Part shown: positions 61,601 through 64,000 of the stretch, in pieces | Layout of the letters: every line of letters starts with the position of its first letter | How positions within the stretch are numbered: the first letter of the stretch is position 1 | Translations under genes and position numbers: made by a program | Notes under the pieces: model-generated | Seen by the model: the letters and a program-made list of their open reading frames with translations, nothing else | What the model was told of the DNA's origin: nothing | Database searches by the model: none | NCBI RefSeq assembly: GCF_035084215.1 | Contig: NW_027139272.1 | Coordinates: forward strand, 372,001 to 436,000 | Length of the DNA stretch: 64,000 nucleotides | Source: Heptranchias perlo | Lineage: Eukaryota | Direction of reading: 5' to 3'

Positions 61601-63043
61601 GGGGCAGTACTGAGGGAGTGATGCATTGTCGGAGAGGCAGTACTGAGGGAGTGATGCATTGTCGGAGGGGCAGTACTGAGGGAGTGATGCATTGTCGGAG
61701 AGGCAGTACTGAGGGAGCGCTGCACTGTCGGAGGGGCAGTACTGAGGGAGTGATGCATTGTCGGAGGGGCAGTACTGAGGGAGTGATGCATTGTCGGAGA
61801 GGCAGTACTGAGGGAGTGATGCACTGTCGGAGGGGCAGTACTGAGGGAGTGCTGCACTGTCGGAGGAGCAGTACTGAGGGAGTGATGCATTGTCGGAGAG
61901 GCAGTACTGAAGGAGTGATGCATTGTCGGAGAGGCAGTACTGAGGGAGTGCTGCACTGTCGGAGGGGCAGTACTGAGGGAGCGCTGCACTGTCGGAGGGG
62001 CAGTACTGAGGGAGTGCTGCACTGTCGGCGGGGCAGTACTGAGGGAGTGATGCATTGTCGGAGAGGCAGTACTGAGGGAGTGATGCATTGTCGGAGAGGC
62101 AGTACTGAGGGAGTGATGCATTGTCGGAGAGGCAGTACTGAGGGAGTGCTGCACTGTCGGCGGGGCAGTAGTGAGGGAGCGCTGCACTGTCGGAGAGGCA
62201 GTACTGAGGGAGTGCTGCACTGTCGGAGAGGCAGTACTGAGGGAGTGCTGCATTGTCGGAGGGGCAGTACTGAGGGAGTGATGCATTGTCGGAGGGGCAG
62301 TACTGAGGGAGTGATGCATTGTCGGAGAGGCAGTACTGAGGGAGTGATGCACTGTCGGAGGGGCAGTACTGAGGGAGTGATGCATTGTCGGAGGGGCAGT
62401 ACTGAGGGAGTGATGCATTGTCGGAGGGGCAGTACTGAGGGAGTGCTGCACTGTCGGAGATGCCGTCCTTCAGATGAGACGTTAAATCGAGGCCCCGTCT
62501 TCCTGTTCAAATGAACATAAAAAGAACCAATTGCTCCCATTTCTCCCTCAATCCACACCAATAAAAACAGATGAACAAATCAATCATCTCATTGCCATTT
62601 GCTGTGCAGAAAATGTCTGCCATGTTACTCCCAGATAGTGCCAATGACCAGGTCATCCCAAGTCATTTAATGGGTGTAAAGTGGTTCGGGACATTTCTCC
62701 GAGACAGGATAAGGCTCTATATGGATACAAATCCTTTCCTCCTGTCAGTCGATAGCTGCACCGGCTCTGTGAGGATACTCACTCGAGGCACCGTGTTGCT
62801 GTCGGTAAAATATCTCGGCGTTTCCTCTGACCAGACCATGGAACCCCGCCATTGTGATGGCGATGGCGTCCCAGTGATGGTTGTCGAAGGAGTCGGCCAT
62901 CCACTGCTGTCTGGGCACAGTCCGCTGCAGGGTGCTGTCGAAATACACTATCTCATAGTCATCGAGCATCGCGACCAAGCTGTACTCGGGCATCTCGGCC
63001 CCGCCACGGCTCAGTATGTAGTAAAATGCGAGGATGTGGAAAT
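49341..63043 (-). CDS. Nonclassical MHC class I heavy chain gene (alpha1, alpha2, alpha3, TM/cytoplasmic; leader exon probably beyond the window end)
   Basis: Four phase-1 exons of 261, 276, 273 and 278 bp splice in frame with no internal stop. Class I motifs present: H3, D29, FDS, PRxxW, Q96, C101-C164, YDGxD, W133, W147, Y171, and an Ig C1 domain. Confidence 0.9.
50085..51066. repeat. 49-bp G-rich minisatellite derived from a CR1 3' UTR
   Basis: (gggattagtttgggattgatacagggctatggggagagagtggggcagt)n. It follows a CR1 ORF2-end remnant (~50015-50085) and resembles the CR1 3' UTR at 10913-10958. Confidence 0.88.
51241..52486 (-). mobile_element. SacSINE1-like SINE, head missing, with a 33-bp tandem expansion (51575-52485)
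   Basis: Reverse complement of the Deu core and tail; repeat (cagtactgaccctccgacagtgcagcactccct)n. Confidence 0.8.
52488..53716. repeat. 20-bp purine-rich minisatellite in the MHC alpha3-TM intron
   Basis: (gacccagaggcacrgggaak)n, about 60 copies. Confidence 0.95.
53856..54128 (-). CDS. MHC class I alpha3 exon (Ig C1-set)
   Basis: tctctcag|TCGCCCCT...CCCTGGG|gtgagt; VAPEVFI...VSCLVSGFYPWAIEVTW...VLPNQDMTYRV...YSCHIEHASL...VPW. Confidence 0.93.
54270..55035 (+). mobile_element. CR1 3' fragment split by a ~400-bp GC-rich non-autonomous element (~54340-54750)
   Basis: LRGHLIEVVKIMKGFDRID ... TRGH...FFTQRVGDVWNAL plus the CR1 tail. Confidence 0.65.
55045..56001 (-). mobile_element. Degraded PIF/Harbinger DNA transposon carrying a Myb/SANT-like pseudo-exon (55302-55542)
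   Basis: APGFSADALEALVQEVDRRRDILYP / KRPSRQISKRQWEAAGDEVN...*TWMYCRKKFNALT*VVK|gtgagt; terminus GGGGAAAAATTTGG. Confidence 0.7.
56003..56305 (+). mobile_element. CR1 LINE 3' end
   Basis: MFPLVAEARTRGHKYK...; tail gggccgaatggcctgtttctgtgttg. Confidence 0.75.
56654..56929 (-). CDS. MHC class I alpha2 exon (276 bp)
   Basis: ttctccag|GTGTTTTC...AGGAAAG|gtacct; SVFFVQGMCGCELNSDNSTEGFIKFGYDGEDAYVFDKDRLSWIAV...ADRWN...LEKDCVKWLLIYLRAGREALQRK. Confidence 0.93.
56986..57185 (-). mobile_element. L2 LINE 3' end
   Basis: acaacaacaacttgcatttatatagcgcc..., same family as 18040-18508. Confidence 0.75.
57595..59712 (+). mobile_element. CR1 (HER1-like) LINE, 5'-truncated, same subfamily as 8325-11028
   Basis: MHPRLLREVRVEIAE, VPQGSVLGPLLFLIYIND, SKFADG; tail gggccgaatggcctccttccgtgctgtcacc. 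Confidence 0.92.
60164..60500 (-). mobile_element. SacSINE1-like 5' part with a 20-bp tandem expansion
   Basis: Minus strand agaaggttgtgggttcaagtcccactccagagac...gtgcagcactgaggga; on +, (cagtgctgcccctcccY..)n. Confidence 0.7.
60515..62742 (+). mobile_element. SacSINE1-like SINE with a ~1.9-kb 33-bp tandem expansion (60580-62460)
   Basis: cccactccagagatttgagc...gctgacactccagtgcag, then (cagtactgagggagtgatgcattgtcggagggg)n, then tgccgtccttcagatgagacgttaaatcgaggcccc. Confidence 0.82.
62783..63043 (-). CDS. MHC class I alpha1 exon
   Basis: cctgcag|ATTTCCAC...GCCTCGA|gtgagt; DFHILAFYYILSRGGAEMPEYSLVAMLDDYEIVYFDSTLQRTVPRQQWMADSFDNHHWDAIAITMAGFHGLVRGNAEIFYRQQHGAS. Confidence 0.92.
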
Positions 63044-63131
63044 CTGCAGGATCACAGACAGAAACCAGTCTCAAAAATGACGTTAATCATAAGTAACTCA
63101 AAGTGGAAACGGCTAATGCTCAGCCTGGTTA

Positions 63132-63947
63132 GACCATAAGACCATAAGAGATAGCAGCAGGAGTAGGCCATTCAGCCCCTCGAGCCTGCTCCGCCATTCA
63201 ATGAGATCATGGCTGATCTGATTTTTACCTCAACTCCACTTTCACGCCCTTTCCCCATATCGTTTGACTCCCTTGCTGATCAAAAATTTGTCTAACTCAG
63301 CCTTGAATGTATTCAATGACTCCACAGCTTTTTGGGATAAAGAATTCCAAAGATTCACAACCCTCTGGGAGAAGAAATTCCTCCTCATTTCCGTCTTAAA
63401 CGGGCGACCCCTTATTCTGAGACTATGCCCCCTAGTTTTAGATTCCCCCATGAGGGGTAACGTCCTCTCAGCATCTACCCTATCGAGTCCCCTCAGAATC
63501 TTGTATTTTTCATAAGATCTCCTCTCATTCTTCAAAACTCCAATGAGTATAGACCCAACCTGTTCAATCTTTCCTCATAAGACAACCCTTCCATGCCCGG
63601 AATCAACCTCGTGAACCTTCTCTGAACTGCCTCCAATGCAAGTATGTCCTTCCTTAAATAAGGTCACCAGAACTGTACGCAGTGCTCCAGGTGTGGTCTC
63701 ACCAGCACCCTGTACAGTTGTAGCATGACTTCCCTGCTTTTATACTCCATCCCCCTGGAAATAAAGGCCAATACTCCGTTTGCCTTCCGGATTACCTGCT
63801 GCACCTGTATGTTGACTTTTTGTGTTTCATGTAGGAGGACACCCAGATCCCTCTGTACCGCAGCATTTTGTAGTATTTCTCCATTCAAATAATATTTTGC
63901 TTTTTTATTTTTCCTCCCAAAGTGGATGACTTCACATTTTCCCATAT
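63132..63947 (-). mobile_element. CR1 LINE 3' portion
   Basis: KCEVIHFGRKN...RDLGVL...RPHLEHCVQFW...FFSQRVVNLWNSL; tail (tcttatgg)n. Confidence 0.9.
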
Positions 63948-64000
63948 TAGGCCACAGTGAGGACGTTGCGTCCGATTTTGGATACCATGTGTTGAAGAGG

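Noticed and set aside
60550-62561. 654/630/519-aa Cys/His- or mucin-like repeat ORFs
   Set aside because: SINE-internal 33-bp array open on both strands, and intronic to the class I gene.
49341-63043. MHC class II or W-category assignment (Gly-rich TM)
   Set aside because: Three extracellular exons, with alpha1 and alpha2 groove domains in one chain, give class I architecture.

Overview
Eukaryotic, repeat-rich vertebrate genomic DNA, most likely from a cartilaginous fish (inferred from the CR1/L2 LINEs, Deu-domain SacSINE1-like SINEs and abundant minisatellites). It looks like an immune-gene (MHC-type) neighbourhood with three loci. (1) A six-exon RING-Bbox-coiled-coil-PRY/SPRY TRIM gene on + (960-12951). 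It has canonical splice sites and an ISRE just upstream, and the only lesion seen is one in-frame TAG at codon 25. (2) A degraded second TRIM on + (exon remnants at 20943-21195 and 44638-45176). Its last intron holds a ~21-kb satellite of 37-bp units with higher-order structure, which starts at the exon's splice donor and resembles it. (3) A nonclassical MHC class I gene on the minus strand: alpha1 63043-62783, alpha2 56929-56654, alpha3 54128-53856, TM/cytoplasmic 49618-49341; the leader exon was not seen. It has lost most peptide-anchoring residues and has a strongly hydrophobic predicted groove. The remainder is LINEs, SINEs, a Harbinger relic and many minisatellites, several of them grown out of SINE or LINE sequence. 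Most long ORFs in the track are artefacts of tandem repeats.
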